From NCBI GenBank assembly GCA_963743915.1, contig CAVURN010000001.1, positions 768,001-832,000 on the forward strand: a stretch of DNA of 64,000 nt, given 5' to 3'. The notes beneath the pieces are model-generated. The model was given only the letters and a program-made list of their open reading frames with translations. It ran no database searches and had not been told where the DNA came from. Made by a program: the position numbers and the translations under genes. Below, piece by piece: positions 23,695 to 34,677 of this stretch (its first letter is position 1; every line of letters starts with the position of its first letter). This DNA comes from an uncultured Actinomycetota bacterium. GTDB lineage: Bacteria > Actinomycetota > Actinomycetes > JAHEKZ01.

Positions 23695-24568
23695 TCCCGT
23701 CGAGGACGGGCTCGTCGTCGTCGACAAGCCGTCGGGCTGGACGTCCCACGATGTCGTCGCGCGCGTGCGACGCCTCGCCGGCACCCGCAAGGTGGGGCAC
23801 GCCGGAACGCTCGACCCGATGGCGACGGGCGTGCTGGTGCTCGGCGTGGGCCGGGCGACCCGGCTGCTCGGCTACCTGACCGCGCACGACAAGGTGTACG
23901 ACGCCACCATCCGCCTCGGCCAGAGCACGGTGACCGATGATGCGGAAGGCGACCCTGTCGGGGGAAGCTCCGCGTCCGGCGTCGCTGATGCGTCGGTCCG
24001 CGCGGCGGTCGACACCCTGGTCGGTGACATCGAGCAGGTGCCGTCATCGGTCAGCGCGGTGAAGGTGGACGGGAAGCGTTCGTACGCCCGGGTGCGGGCG
24101 GGCGAGCAGGTCGAGCTGTCCGCCCGCCGCGTCCGGATCGACCGGTTCGAGGTGCGGGAGACGCGGCGTCCCGAGGCCGACCTTCTCGACCTCGACGTGA
24201 CGGTCGTGTGCTCCAGCGGCACCTACGTGAGGGCGCTCGCGCGTGACCTGGGGGAAGCCCTCGGGGTGGGGGGCCATCTCACCGCCCTGCGGCGGACGCG
24301 GAGCGGCGCCATCGATCTCTCCGTGGCGCGCACGCTCGACCAGCTCGCTGAGTCGTTCAGCGTCGTCCCACTGGCGGACGCCGTGCGCGCTGCATTCCCC
24401 GTCCGCGTGGTGCGCGGCGATGACGCCACCGCTGTGCGACACGGTCGACCGCTGCCACTGGTGGATGAGGACGGGCCCACTGGCGTGTTCGCCGACGACG
24501 GCACCGTCCTCGCCCTCATGGAGCCGCGCGGCGACCAGCTGCGGGTGGCGGTCGGCTTCACCGGCTGA
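23687..24568 (+). CDS. truB: tRNA pseudouridine(55) synthase
   Basis: DKPSGWTSHDVV, GHAGTLDPMATG, CSSGTYVRALARD. Confidence 0.97.
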   Translation: MTDPVEDGLVVVDKPSGWTSHDVVARVRRLAGTRKVGHAGTLDPMATGVLVLGVGRATRLLGYLTAHDKVYDATIRLGQSTVTDDAEGDPVGGSSASGVADASVRAAVDTLVGDIEQVPSSVSAVKVDGKRSYARVRAGEQVELSARRVRIDRFEVRETRRPEADLLDLDVTVVCSSGTYVRALARDLGEALGVGGHLTALRRTRSGAIDLSVARTLDQLAESFSVVPLADAVRAAFPVRVVRGDDATAVRHGRPLPLVDEDGPTGVFADDGTVLALMEPRGDQLRVAVGFTG

Positions 24569-24634
24569 GGCCGGGCGAGGGTCTCCTGCTGACGTGCCGG
24601 CCCCGGCGCACGGGCATCTGGCAAGGTGTGGCCC

Positions 24635-25591
24635 ATGCGCTACGACAGTCTCGCGGAGCTGCCTGCGGCCGGCCCGCGCTCCGTCGTGTGCATCGGCGTC
24701 TTCGACGGCGTCCACCGTGGTCACCGAGCGATCCTCCGCCAGGCGCGCGTCCTCGCTGACTCCTCCGGCGCCCGCGTCGTGGCCGTCACCTTCGATCCGC
24801 ACCCCAGCGCAGTGGTCCGCCCGGACACCCGGCCGCTGATGCTCTCGACCGTCGCCCACCGGGTAGACCTGCTGCACCAGGTGGGTGCGGACGACGTCCT
24901 CGTGCTGCCCTTCACCGCCGACGTCGCGTCGTGGACCCCGGTGGAGTTCGTCGAGCGGGTCCTGATCGAGGGTCTGCGTGCCGAAGCGGTGGTGGTCGGC
25001 GAGGGATTCCGGTTCGGCCACCGCGCCGCCGGTGACGTCGCGCTGCTGCAGAAGCTCGGCGCCGAGCGCGACTTCACGGTCAGCCCCCTGGCGCTGGAGC
25101 ACGTCAGGGTCGTCGACCACGGTGATCCCGGTGACGTGGCCTGGTCGTCCACCTACGTGCGTCAGTGCGTCCTGGAGGGTGACGTGGCCGAGGCGGCTCA
25201 CGCCCTGGCACGGTTTCACCGCGTCGAGGGAACGGTGGTGCACGGCGACCACCGGGGACGGGATCTGGGCTACCCGACGGCGAACCTCGCGACGGTCGAC
25301 CACACCGCGGTCCCCGCGGACGGCGTCTACGCCGGATGGCTGGTACGCCATGCCGACGGCGACGAGCGCCTGCCCGCAGCGATCTCGATCGGGACGAACC
25401 CGACGTTCGACGGTGAGGAGCGCCGAGTCGAGGCCTACGTGCTCGACCGTGACGACCTCGACCTCTACGGCGAGCACGTCGCGCTCGACTTCGTGGAGCG
25501 ACTTCGACCGACGCTGAAGTTCGACGGCATCGATCCGTTGGTCACCCAGATGGCACAGGACGTCGCGCGCGCCCGTCAGCTGCTCAGCTGA
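24635..25591 (+). CDS. ribF: Bifunctional riboflavin kinase/FAD synthetase
   Basis: GVFDGVHRGH, TFDPHP, GRDLGYPTAN, IGTNPTF, VEAY. Confidence 0.96.
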   Translation: MRYDSLAELPAAGPRSVVCIGVFDGVHRGHRAILRQARVLADSSGARVVAVTFDPHPSAVVRPDTRPLMLSTVAHRVDLLHQVGADDVLVLPFTADVASWTPVEFVERVLIEGLRAEAVVVGEGFRFGHRAAGDVALLQKLGAERDFTVSPLALEHVRVVDHGDPGDVAWSSTYVRQCVLEGDVAEAAHALARFHRVEGTVVHGDHRGRDLGYPTANLATVDHTAVPADGVYAGWLVRHADGDERLPAAISIGTNPTFDGEERRVEAYVLDRDDLDLYGEHVALDFVERLRPTLKFDGIDPLVTQMAQDVARARQLLS

Positions 25592-25607
25592 ACCGCTTCT
25601 GCGACGG

Positions 25608-27813
25608 TCAGTGGAGGCGACGGACCCACGCCGCGCCCACGCGCCCACGGTCGCGCACCCACTCCCACCGCGCTCCCGCGGCGATCAGCAGGGCGCCGGC
25701 GATCGCGAAGGACACCCACTGCGGCAGGAAGCGGCCGAGCTCGACGAGCTGGATCGCCACCACGACGACGGTGAGGGCCAGGCCGGGGAAGAAGAGCCCC
25801 GACCAACGGCGCCATCCGCCGACGACGGCAGCAACGACGCCGATGGCGAGCAGCACGACCATCCGTACCTGGTACGCCGTACCTGGGTCCTCGCCGTACC
25901 ACCAGCGGTTCGTGGTGTCGTCGAGCAGCGCAAGCGTCGACGGCAGCACGGCGAGCGAGAGCACGGGGCCGATGGTCTGCCAGGTCGGCGTCGACCTCGG
26001 ACGCCGAAGCCACCACCAGCCGACCGCCGCCGCCAGCGTCGGCACCCCGAGTGCGAGGCCGTAGACCTCCGGCCGTGTCGCGGCTGCGAGCTCACGGGTG
26101 CCGAGCTCCACCAGCGCTGCTGCCACCCCCAGCGCGCCACCCAGCCACACGATCCACGCCGCGAGTTGCCGAAGGATCACGAGGCCGAACAGACCCGACC
26201 GCCAGCACACCCAACGCGATCGCGACCTGGTGCACGTACGCCTCAGGAGTCGGCTGCGGAGCGTACGTGGAGCCGTAGCCGGTCGTGGCGTCCACGAGGT
26301 CGTTAGCCGACGTCGACAGCCACGTGAGCAGGGCCGCCGCGACCGGCACCAGGGGGAGCGCGTCCGTCGCCAGCGCACTGCCGTAGGCCGGCGGCGGGCG
26401 GTCGTCGGTGGACGTGCCAGACGCCACCTCGGGGCGTTTGCCGATCCTGGTCGACAGCCGCGGCACCAGTAGTACGGACGCGACCAGCAGGGTCACGAAC
26501 GCCCCGCCTGCCACCACCCCGCGCCAGGCCGGCCATGCGGCGTCCGCCCACGACCCTGCGTCGAAGTAGTCCTCCATCGGGTCGACCCACGGTGCGACGA
26601 GCAGCCCGACCGCAGCGCCGAGGGCGCCGCTGCCCACCGCGGCAACCGTTCCCTTGAGCCACGGTGCTCGCGCGCCGAGGAGTGAGGGAACGAGGCCGAG
26701 CAGTCCCGTGGCCAGCAGCACCAGGGCGGCCGCCCACCGAGCGCTGGGCGTCGAAGTGGCCGACGTCCAGCTGACGACGAGGGAGAGCGACCACACCGAC
26801 AGCGTGGCGGTCGCGACAGGGACCTGGTGCGGTGTGAGCCGCAGCAGCGAGACGCTTATGGTGACGGACGCGACGGCAAGGGTGGCGGCCGCCACCACCG
26901 CGTCGAAGTCGGACACCGTGACGTCCTGCGTCCACTGCTGCACCGCTTCCGCCAGTGCCGCCGCCGCGACGACGAGGAACCAGGCCCCTACCCAGGGCCA
27001 GCTGCGCAGCCGGACGCGGTCAGCTGCCAGCACCAGCCCGACACCGGAGCTGAGGCAGACCAGCGCGACCCACCAGGACCAGGGTTCGGAGAGGGGCAGG
27101 GCATCGTCAGCGGGAGCGGTGGCCAGCATCGTCACGACGACGACTGCCCCGACGATCCCGGCCAGCTCGCCGACCCCGGCAGCGCGGGGGCGGATCCAGA
27201 CCGCCGCGGCGCAGAGACCGGCGGCGATCGTCGTGGCGAGCAGCATGGACGGGGTCTCGCCGATCAGCTCCGGCCCGAGGGTGCGGGTCCCCACGGCCGC
27301 GATGAGGACCAGCAGGGCGCCGACGACCCCCAGGGCGGTGGCCGTGCCGCGCAACCGGGCCGCCAGCCGCGCCGTCGCCGCGAGGCACCCCGCACCCAGG
27401 GCGAGCAGCACGCTGATCTGGCCCAAGGGGCCGAGCAGGTCCCAGGTGAAGGCCAGGAACGCGATCCCAGCGGCGACCAGCAGGAAGGCGCCCACTCCGA
27501 GGAGCAAGGCCCCTGCCGACGCCGGACGCCGCTGCCCGCCCCCAGCCGGGACGCCGGTGGTCGGGAACCCGGGGGCCACCGCACCCGTGCCGACAGGAGC
27601 TGGAGCCGCGCCGGGCACGTCCTCTGCCAGCATCCGCTCGTGCAGCCAGGTGAGGCGCTGACCGGCCCAGGCGTGCCAGGTGCCCAGCTGCAGGGTCTCG
27701 CGGACGTACGGAGTCGCCATCGCCAGGCCGCAGGTCCCACACACGGTGACCGGCCCCGCGTCGGGGGCCGGCGGGTCGATCGGAGCCCCGCACCGCGGGC
27801 AGGGGAGCGTCAT
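25608..27813 (-). pseudogene. Large polytopic membrane protein (N-terminal CxxC...CxxC; SCO7613-like C-terminus), split by one frameshift near 26195
   Basis: ORFs 26092..27813 and 25608..26378 join as LAVG|LFGLVIL if one G of a GGG run is removed; C-terminus PQWVSFAIAGALLIAAGARWE. Confidence 0.7.
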
Positions 27814-27914
27814 GGGCCATGATCATCGCAGGTGGACGCCGGTGCCCAGGGTCTTGATGCCCTGGCCCGCGCGGCGCCGATTCGGGGGATCGGCTCGCCC
27901 GCTGATAGCCTGAC

Positions 27915-27999
27915 CAGGCCGTTCGATCGGCCGCGGACCTTCAAGTGCCCGGGTGGACATGCCCCGGTGCGCCGCGCAACGACCTCGAGAGGGCCCTAC
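27915..27999 (+). promoter_or_regulatory. Structured rpsO 5' leader (candidate S15 autoregulatory RNA)
   Basis: -10 TAGCCT at 27906-27911; CGCGG...CCGGG...CCCGG...CCGCG nested pairing just before the RBS. Confidence 0.45.
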
Positions 28000-28269
28000 G
28001 TGTCGCTGGATGCAGCAACCAAGAAGAACATTGCCGACGAGTACGCCACGACCCCCGGTGACACCGGATCCCCCGAGGTGCAGGTCGCTCTGCTGTCGCG
28101 TCGGATCGCCGACCTGACCGAGCACCTCAAGGAGCACAAGCACGACCACCACAGCCGCCGCGGACTGCTGCTGCTCGTCGGCCAGCGCCGTCGGCTGCTC
28201 AACTACCTGGCCAAGACCGACATCGAGCGGTACCGCCGGCTCATCGAGCGGCTCGGGCTCCGGCGCTAG
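28000..28269 (+). CDS. rpsO: 30S ribosomal protein S15
   Basis: [29 protein letters not shown]; 89 aa. Confidence 0.98.
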   Translation: MSLDAATKKNIADEYATTPGDTGSPEVQVALLSRRIADLTEHLKEHKHDHHSRRGLLLLVGQRRRLLNYLAKTDIERYRRLIERLGLRR

Positions 28270-28374
28270 CCGCAGCCTTCCGCTCACACCACCCGTCCGC
28301 ACCACGCGGAGGGATGACAACAAAAGAGATCAGCCCTTGAGCGGTCTGCCCGCCCGTGGCGGCACTCACGGTGT

Positions 28375-28442
28375 CGGTCCTCGGTAGTGGCGCCCCGGGT
28401 GCGCGTCTAAAGGACGCTCCCGAGAGCCTCGATCGATGACCG
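28375..28442 (+). ncRNA. Actino-pnp cis-regulatory RNA motif
   Basis: CGGTCCTCGGTAGTGGC...GCCTCGATCGATGACCG outer stem directly upstream of pnp, matching the motif as I recall it. Confidence 0.75.
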
Positions 28443-28501
28443 CCTCCTCGCCCCCACGTCGCTGGGCCGCACTCGAGGGCTCACGTCACAGAGGAGGACC
28501 C

Positions 28502-30721
28502 GTGGAGGGTCTGGAAGTTCGTTCGAGCGAAGCCGTCATCGACAATGGGTCGTTCGGACATCGCGTCATCAAGTTCGAGACCGGGCGGCTCGCCCGTCAG
28601 GCGGCCGGTTCGGCCGTCGCCTATCTCGACGACACCACCATGGTGCTGTCCGCGACCACCGCGTCCAAGCACCCCAAGGAGCACCTCGACTTCTTCCCCC
28701 TGACGGTGGACGTCGAGGAGCGCATGTACTCGGTGGGCCGCATCCCCGGGTCGTTCTTCCGTCGTGAGGGACGCCCCAGCGAGGACGCGATCCTCACCTG
28801 CCGGCTGATCGACCGGCCGCTGCGTCCGTCCTTCACCAAGGGCCTGCGCAACGAGATCCAGATCGTCGAGACGATCATGTCGCTCGACCCCGAGCACCTG
28901 TACGACGTCGTGGCCATCAACGCCGCTTCGATGTCGACGCTGCTCGCGGGCCTGCCGTTCAGCGGCCCGATCGGCGGCGTCCGCGTCGCGCTGATCGACG
29001 GCCAGTGGGTGGCGTTCCCGACCCACAGCGAGCTCGAGCGAGCGGTCTTCGACATGGTCGTGGCCGGCCGCGTCGTCGCCGACGACGTCGCCATCATGAT
29101 GGTCGAGGCGGAGGCCACCGAGGCGACCGTCGAGCTGGTCGCCGGGGGCGCCACTGCGCCCACCGAGGAGGTCGTCGCCCAGGGACTCGAGGCGGCCAAG
29201 CCCTTCATCCGTCAGCTGTGCGAGGCGCAGTCGGAGGTCGCCGCGCAGGCCGCCAAGCCGACGCGTGACTTCCCGCTCTACCTCGACTACCAGGACGACG
29301 TCCTGGCCGCTGTCGAGGACGCCGCCTCCGCTGAGCTGAGCTCTGCTCTCACCATCGCGGGCAAGCAGGAGCGCGAGACCGAGACGTCACGGATCGCCGA
29401 CGTCGTCGCGGAGAAGCTCGCCGGCACGTTCGAGGGCCGCGAGAAGGAGATCGGCGCCGCCTTCCGTGCGTTGACCAAGAAGCTGGTGCGTCAGCGGATC
29501 CTGCGCGACCAGGTGCGCATCGACGGCCGGGGCCCGTCCGACATCCGTCGCCTCTCCGCAGAGGTCGGCGTGGTGCCGCTCACCCACGGGTCGGCGCTCT
29601 TCGAGCGCGGCGAGACCCAGATCCTGGGTGTCACGACGCTGAACATGCTCCGCATGGAGCAGCAGCTCGACACGCTCAACCCGCAGAACCGCAAGCGGTA
29701 CATGCACAACTACAACTTCCCGCCCTACTCGACCGGTGAGACGGGTCGCGTCGGGTCGCCGAAGCGCCGCGAGATCGGTCACGGTGCTCTCGCCGAGCGC
29801 GCCCTGCTTCCGGTGCTGCCGTCGCGGGACGAGTTCCCCTACGCCATCCGCCAGGTGTCCGAGGCGCTTGGTTCCAACGGCTCCACCTCGATGGGCTCGG
29901 TCTGCGCGTCGACGATGTCGCTGCTGCACGCCGGTGTTCCGCTGAGGGCACCCGTCTCGGGCATCGCCATGGGCCTGGTCAGCGACGAGGTCGACGGCAA
30001 GACGGAGTACGTCGCCCTGACCGACATCCTCGGCGCCGAGGACGCCTTCGGCGACATGGACTTCAAGGTCGCCGGCACCGAGGAGTTCGTCACCGCGCTG
30101 CAGCTCGACACCAAGCTCGACGGCATTCCCGCGTCGGTCCTGGCGTCCGCACTCACGCAGGCGCGCGCTGCCCGGCTGACGCTGCTCGAGGTCATGGCCG
30201 AGGCCATCGAAGGTCCGGACGAGATGGCCCCGAACGCACCGCGGGTCATCACCGTCAAGATCCCGGTCGACAAGATCGGTGAGGTGATCGGGCCGAAGGG
30301 CAAGATGATCAACTCGATCCAGGACGAGACCGGCGCCGACATCTCCATCGACGACGACGGCACCATCTTCATCGGTGCCGTCGACGGCCCGTCCGCCGAG
30401 GCCGCACGGTCGATGGTCAACGCGATCGCCAACCCGACGATGCCCGAGGTCGGCGAGCGCTACCTCGGAACGGTGGTGAAGACGACCACGTTCGGCGCCT
30501 TCATCTCGCTGCTGCCCGGCAAGGACGGCCTGCTGCACATCTCCGAGATCAAGAAGATGGTCAACAAGCCGCGCATCGACTCCGTCGACGACGTGCTCTC
30601 GGTCGGCCAGAAGGTCCGCGTCGAGATCAAGGAGGTCGACGACCGCGGCAAGCTGTCGCTGACCGCCGTCAAGGACGAGGACGAGGCTGCCGACGAGGCC
30701 GGGGCGACGGTCGACGCCTGA
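28502..30721 (+). CDS. pnp: Polyribonucleotide nucleotidyltransferase (PNPase/GpsI)
   Basis: [50 protein letters not shown] and S1 domains; GGAGGA RBS. Confidence 0.98.
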   Translation: MEGLEVRSSEAVIDNGSFGHRVIKFETGRLARQAAGSAVAYLDDTTMVLSATTASKHPKEHLDFFPLTVDVEERMYSVGRIPGSFFRREGRPSEDAILTCRLIDRPLRPSFTKGLRNEIQIVETIMSLDPEHLYDVVAINAASMSTLLAGLPFSGPIGGVRVALIDGQWVAFPTHSELERAVFDMVVAGRVVADDVAIMMVEAEATEATVELVAGGATAPTEEVVAQGLEAAKPFIRQLCEAQSEVAAQAAKPTRDFPLYLDYQDDVLAAVEDAASAELSSALTIAGKQERETETSRIADVVAEKLAGTFEGREKEIGAAFRALTKKLVRQRILRDQVRIDGRGPSDIRRLSAEVGVVPLTHGSALFERGETQILGVTTLNMLRMEQQLDTLNPQNRKRYMHNYNFPPYSTGETGRVGSPKRREIGHGALAERALLPVLPSRDEFPYAIRQVSEALGSNGSTSMGSVCASTMSLLHAGVPLRAPVSGIAMGLVSDEVDGKTEYVALTDILGAEDAFGDMDFKVAGTEEFVTALQLDTKLDGIPASVLASALTQARAARLTLLEVMAEAIEGPDEMAPNAPRVITVKIPVDKIGEVIGPKGKMINSIQDETGADISIDDDGTIFIGAVDGPSAEAARSMVNAIANPTMPEVGERYLGTVVKTTTFGAFISLLPGKDGLLHISEIKKMVNKPRIDSVDDVLSVGQKVRVEIKEVDDRGKLSLTAVKDEDEAADEAGATVDA

Positions 30722-30722
30722 C

Positions 30723-32051
30723 GTGAGCACCCGGGCCGACACCCGCACGCTGCACCGCGGGCAGGACGGAAGCGTCGTCAAGCGCACCGTCCTGCCCAGC
30801 GGGCTGCGGATCGTCACCGAGGCGGTCCCGACCGTCCGCTCGGTGTCGTTCGGCGTGTGGGTCGGCGTCGGCTCTCGCGACGAGTCGGTACGACAGGCAG
30901 GTGCCAGCCACTACCTCGAGCACCTGCTCTTCAAGGGCACCCGTCAGCGCAGCGCCCTCGAGATCTCCGCGGCGATCGACCGGCTCGGCGGTGAGATCAA
31001 CGCCTTCACCGCCAAGGAGTTCACCTGCTTCTACGCGCGGGTGCTCGACGCCGACCTGCCCACCGCCGTCGACGTCGTCGTCGACATGGTGCTCGGCTCG
31101 ACGATCACCGGCCCGGACTACGAGTCCGAGCGTGGCGTGATCCTCGAGGAGATCGCCATGCACGACGACGACCCCGGCGACGTGGTGCACGACGCGTTCG
31201 CGCAGACCGTCTTCGGCAACACCCCGCTGGGTCGTCCCATCCTCGGCACGGTCGACTCCATCGAGGGGCTGAGTCGCGACACCGTGCGCCGCTACTACAA
31301 GCGGTGGTACCGGCCGGAGCACATGGTGGTGGCGGCTGCGGGCAACGTTGACCACGGCGCGCTGGTCCGGCTCGTCAAGCGCGCCTTCGCCCTTGCGGGC
31401 GCAAATGGCGGCGAAGCCCCTCCGGCCAGCCCCGCGCGTCGGGTGCAGCCGGCACCCGTGGCCGGTGGCGAGTCGGTAGTGATGTCACGCACCACCGAGC
31501 AGGTCAACCTGGTGCTCGGGGTCCCCGGTGTCGACCGCAACGACCCACGGCGGTTCGCGCTCGGAGTCCTGAACAACGCGCTCGGCGGCGGCATGTCCAG
31601 CCGCCTCTTCCAGGAGGTGCGCGAGAAGCGTGGCCTCGCCTACTCGGTGTACTCGTACCACTCCCAGTACTCCGACGCCGGGCTGTTCGGCGTCTACGCG
31701 GGCTGCCTGCCGAAGAAGGTCGACGACGTTCTTGACCTCTGCCGGGCCGAGCTGCAGCGAGTCTGCTTCCGCGGCATCACCGCCGAGGAGCTCGACCGCG
31801 GCAAGGGTCAGCTGCGAGGGTCGCTGGTGCTGGGGCTCGAGGACACCGGGTCGCGCATGACGCGGATCGGCAAGAGCGAATTGGTGTACGGGGAGATGCT
31901 CTCCCTCGACGACATCTTGTCCCGCATCGCGGACGTCACCCTCGACGACGTCGCCGCGGTGGCGTCCGACCTGCTGGCGGTCGAGCCGGCGCTGGCCGTG
32001 ATCGGCCCGTTCGACGACGACAAGGACTTCTCCGGGGCGGTCGCGTCGTGA
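30723..32051 (+). CDS. M16 (pitrilysin-family) zinc peptidase
   Basis: GSRDE...HYLEHLLFKGT, NAFT, GGGMSSRLFQEVREKRGLAYSV. Confidence 0.93.
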   Translation: MSTRADTRTLHRGQDGSVVKRTVLPSGLRIVTEAVPTVRSVSFGVWVGVGSRDESVRQAGASHYLEHLLFKGTRQRSALEISAAIDRLGGEINAFTAKEFTCFYARVLDADLPTAVDVVVDMVLGSTITGPDYESERGVILEEIAMHDDDPGDVVHDAFAQTVFGNTPLGRPILGTVDSIEGLSRDTVRRYYKRWYRPEHMVVAAAGNVDHGALVRLVKRAFALAGANGGEAPPASPARRVQPAPVAGGESVVMSRTTEQVNLVLGVPGVDRNDPRRFALGVLNNALGGGMSSRLFQEVREKRGLAYSVYSYHSQYSDAGLFGVYAGCLPKKVDDVLDLCRAELQRVCFRGITAEELDRGKGQLRGSLVLGLEDTGSRMTRIGKSELVYGEMLSLDDILSRIADVTLDDVAAVASDLLAVEPALAVIGPFDDDKDFSGAVAS

Positions 32052-32800
32052 AGGTGGCCGTCATCGGTGCAGCCGGCCGCATGGGCACCGAGACCTGCCG
32101 TGCCGTCGGGGCCGCTGACGACCTCGAGCTCGTCGCCCGCATCGACCGCGACGGCTCACTGCAGGACGCCGCTGACGCCGGCGCCGAGGTGGTCGTCGAC
32201 TTCACGGTGCCGGATGCCGTGATGCAGAACATCGAGCAGGCGCTCGTTCTCGGGATCCACGTCGTGGTGGGCACCAGCGGGTTCGACGACGAGCGTCTCG
32301 CGCAGGTGCGTTCACTGGTCGATGCAGCGCCGGGGCTCGGCGTCGTCGTCGCCCCCAACTTCGCGCTCGGCGCGGTGCTGCTCATGCGCTTCGCGCGCGA
32401 GGCGGCCGCGCACTTCACCTCGGTCGAGGTCGTCGAGACACACCACCCCGACAAGGTGGACGCCCCCAGCGGCACCGCGATCCACACCGCACGGGTGATC
32501 GCGCAAGCGCGTGCCGACGCCGGCGTCGCGCAGGCGCCCGACGCCACAGAGCGCTCGCTCGACGGCGCTCGTGGTGCCGTGGTCGACGGCGTCCCCGTGC
32601 ACTCGGTGCGACTGCGTGGTGCAGTCGCGCACGAAGAGGTCGTGCTCGGCAATGCCGGAGAGATCCTGACCCTGCGTCACGACTCGCTGGACCGTGCAGG
32701 GTTCATGCCAGGCGTGCTGCTCGCGGTCCGCGAGGTCGCGTCCCGACCGGGGCTCACCGTCGGGCTGGAGCCACTGCTCGGCCTGCCGCCGGTGGAATGA
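32048..32800 (+). CDS. dapB: 4-hydroxy-tetrahydrodipicolinate reductase
   Basis: GAAGRMG, VDFT, VGTSG, APNF, ETHHPDKVDAPSGTA. Confidence 0.96.
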   Translation: MKVAVIGAAGRMGTETCRAVGAADDLELVARIDRDGSLQDAADAGAEVVVDFTVPDAVMQNIEQALVLGIHVVVGTSGFDDERLAQVRSLVDAAPGLGVVVAPNFALGAVLLMRFAREAAAHFTSVEVVETHHPDKVDAPSGTAIHTARVIAQARADAGVAQAPDATERSLDGARGAVVDGVPVHSVRLRGAVAHEEVVLGNAGEILTLRHDSLDRAGFMPGVLLAVREVASRPGLTVGLEPLLGLPPVE

Positions 32801-33240
32801 GCGCCCGCACCCTCTCCTGGGTCCTGGCTGCCGCCTGCGGCTTCTACCTGCTCTTCATCGCGCAGCGTGCATGGGTGCTCCTCTCCAGCGGCGAACCCGT
32901 TGCGGCAGCCCTGGGTGTCGCCCTGCTCGTGCTGCCGGTCATCGGTGTGTGGGTCGTGGTCCGCGAGCTGCAGTTCGGACGCCGCACCGCGGAGCTCGGC
33001 CGTGAGATGGCCGAGCTGAACCGGCTGCCCGAGGACGACCTGCCACGCCGCCCCTCCGGCCGCGTCGAGCGCGAGGCCGCTGATGTCCGCTTTGCCGAGC
33101 GGCAGCGTGAGGTCGAGCAGTCTCCGGACGACTGGACCGCCTGGTACCGCCTGGCCATCGCCTACGACGACGCCGGAGACCGGCGCCGTGCCCGCGAAGC
33201 GATGCGCACCGCCATCGCGCGGCACGACACAGCGGGCTGA
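32797..33240 (+). CDS. Conserved membrane protein with TPR-like C-terminus
   Basis: Two N-terminal TM helices; PDDWTAWYRLAIAYDDAGDRRRAR; usual dapB neighbour. Confidence 0.8.
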   Translation: MSARTLSWVLAAACGFYLLFIAQRAWVLLSSGEPVAAALGVALLVLPVIGVWVVVRELQFGRRTAELGREMAELNRLPEDDLPRRPSGRVEREAADVRFAERQREVEQSPDDWTAWYRLAIAYDDAGDRRRAREAMRTAIARHDTAG

Positions 33241-33319
33241 ATCGGAGCAGAATCTCTTTCGTCCCGGTCAACCGGATCGATGCCGAGGGCGAGTGAGTGC
33301 CGTGACGAGTTCATGGGGG

Positions 33320-33875
33320 ATGGCAGCGAGCGACGACTGGGCGACCAGCACGGAGCTCGAAACCGCCCTGTCCCTTCCTGACGTCGAGTCCTTCGACGGG
33401 TTCTACGCCAGGGAGTACCGCCTGCTCGTGGCCTTCGCCCACGCGTTGACGGGCTCTCAGGGTTCACGCAGAGGACGTGGCGCAGGAAGCGATGCTGGCT
33501 GCGTACCGTCGCTGGGACGAAGTGGGTCGTCTCGACGCACCACACGCCTGGGTCCGTCGGGTCTGCGCCAACCTGGCGGTCTCCTTCGTCCGGCGGCGCA
33601 TCGTGGAGGCGCGTGGGCTGCTCCGGTTGCGTCGCCGACGCAGCGAGGTGGCGACCCTGGACGACGACGATGCGACCTTCTGGGCGGAAGTCAGACGCCT
33701 GCCGAAGCGCCAGGCACAGTGCATCGTGCTGTGCTACGTCTACGGCTGCTCGCTGGCCGAGATCGCGCAGGTCCTCGACTGCACGGATGGCACGGTCAAG
33801 ACGCACCTCTCTCGAGCGCGGTCGAAGCTGGCGACGCGTCTGGGCGCACAGGTTGATGAAGGGACCGAGTCATGA
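33320..33875 (+). pseudogene. ECF sigma-70 factor (SigE-like family), frameshifted near 33463
   Basis: SFDGFYAREY...ALTGS in one frame; AEDVAQEA...W...AWVRRV...LPKRQ...EIAQVL...GTVKTHLSRAR in the next. Confidence 0.8.
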
Positions 33876-34677
33876 ACCTCGACACCCGCGCTCGGCGCGC
33901 TGCGGATGGAGTGCGCGCCTCGGCCCGAGGGGTTGACCCGATGGCACAGATCACCGAGCTCAAGCACGAAGACAGGACTCGACGCAGGAACACCAGCGCT
34001 CTGGCGGTTGTCGGTGTCGCCGTGCTGGTCGCCGGGGCCGGATGGTTGACGGCGTCGCAGCTTCGCGCCAGCGACGATCCCGCACCCACCGACCCCCTGT
34101 CGACGCCGAGCGCATCCACCTCATTCGTGAGACTCGAGCCAGGCCGGACCGTGGGGACCCGCCTGGAGGTCCCGCTCGTGGCGAAGGCCCCGGAGTCTTG
34201 GACGGTCTGGAAGGACGGCGCCTTCGTCTGGCTGGATGTTGACGGCTCCGAGTCCACCATGACCCACGTCGCCATCAGCGGCCCGGTCGTGGAGGTGTTC
34301 GACACCGAACGGCAGACCGGTGTTCCCGATCCCGTCGGACGGGTACGCGGACTGGCTCCGCGCAGAACCCCACGCTCGACGTGATCGACGACCGGATGGT
34401 CGTGGTCGATGGCGAGCGCTTCCCGCAGTTGACGATCGGGATGGCTGACGATGCACGGGGAGCCCAGTTCCGTCTTGGGAGAACGTCTCACCGCCCCGTT
34501 CCGAGCGAAGAGTGGCCCGATTACAACCGGGAAGAGGTGGTCACGGAGACGGTGATCGAGGTGAGGGGCAAGACGATGGTGGTCTCTGCAGTTGCAGACC
34601 CCTTCGACTCGGCTGGGGAGGATCAGCTGGACGAGGCTCTCGCCCTCGTGCTGTCCACGATGAAGCTGCCGGACTAG
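33872..34677 (+). pseudogene. Single-TM membrane protein (putative anti-sigma partner), frameshifted at about 34325-34355
   Basis: ATGA overlap with the sigma gene; TM ALAVVGVAVLVAGAGWL; ORFs 33872..34384 and 34381..34677 join through GYADWLR. Confidence 0.55.
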
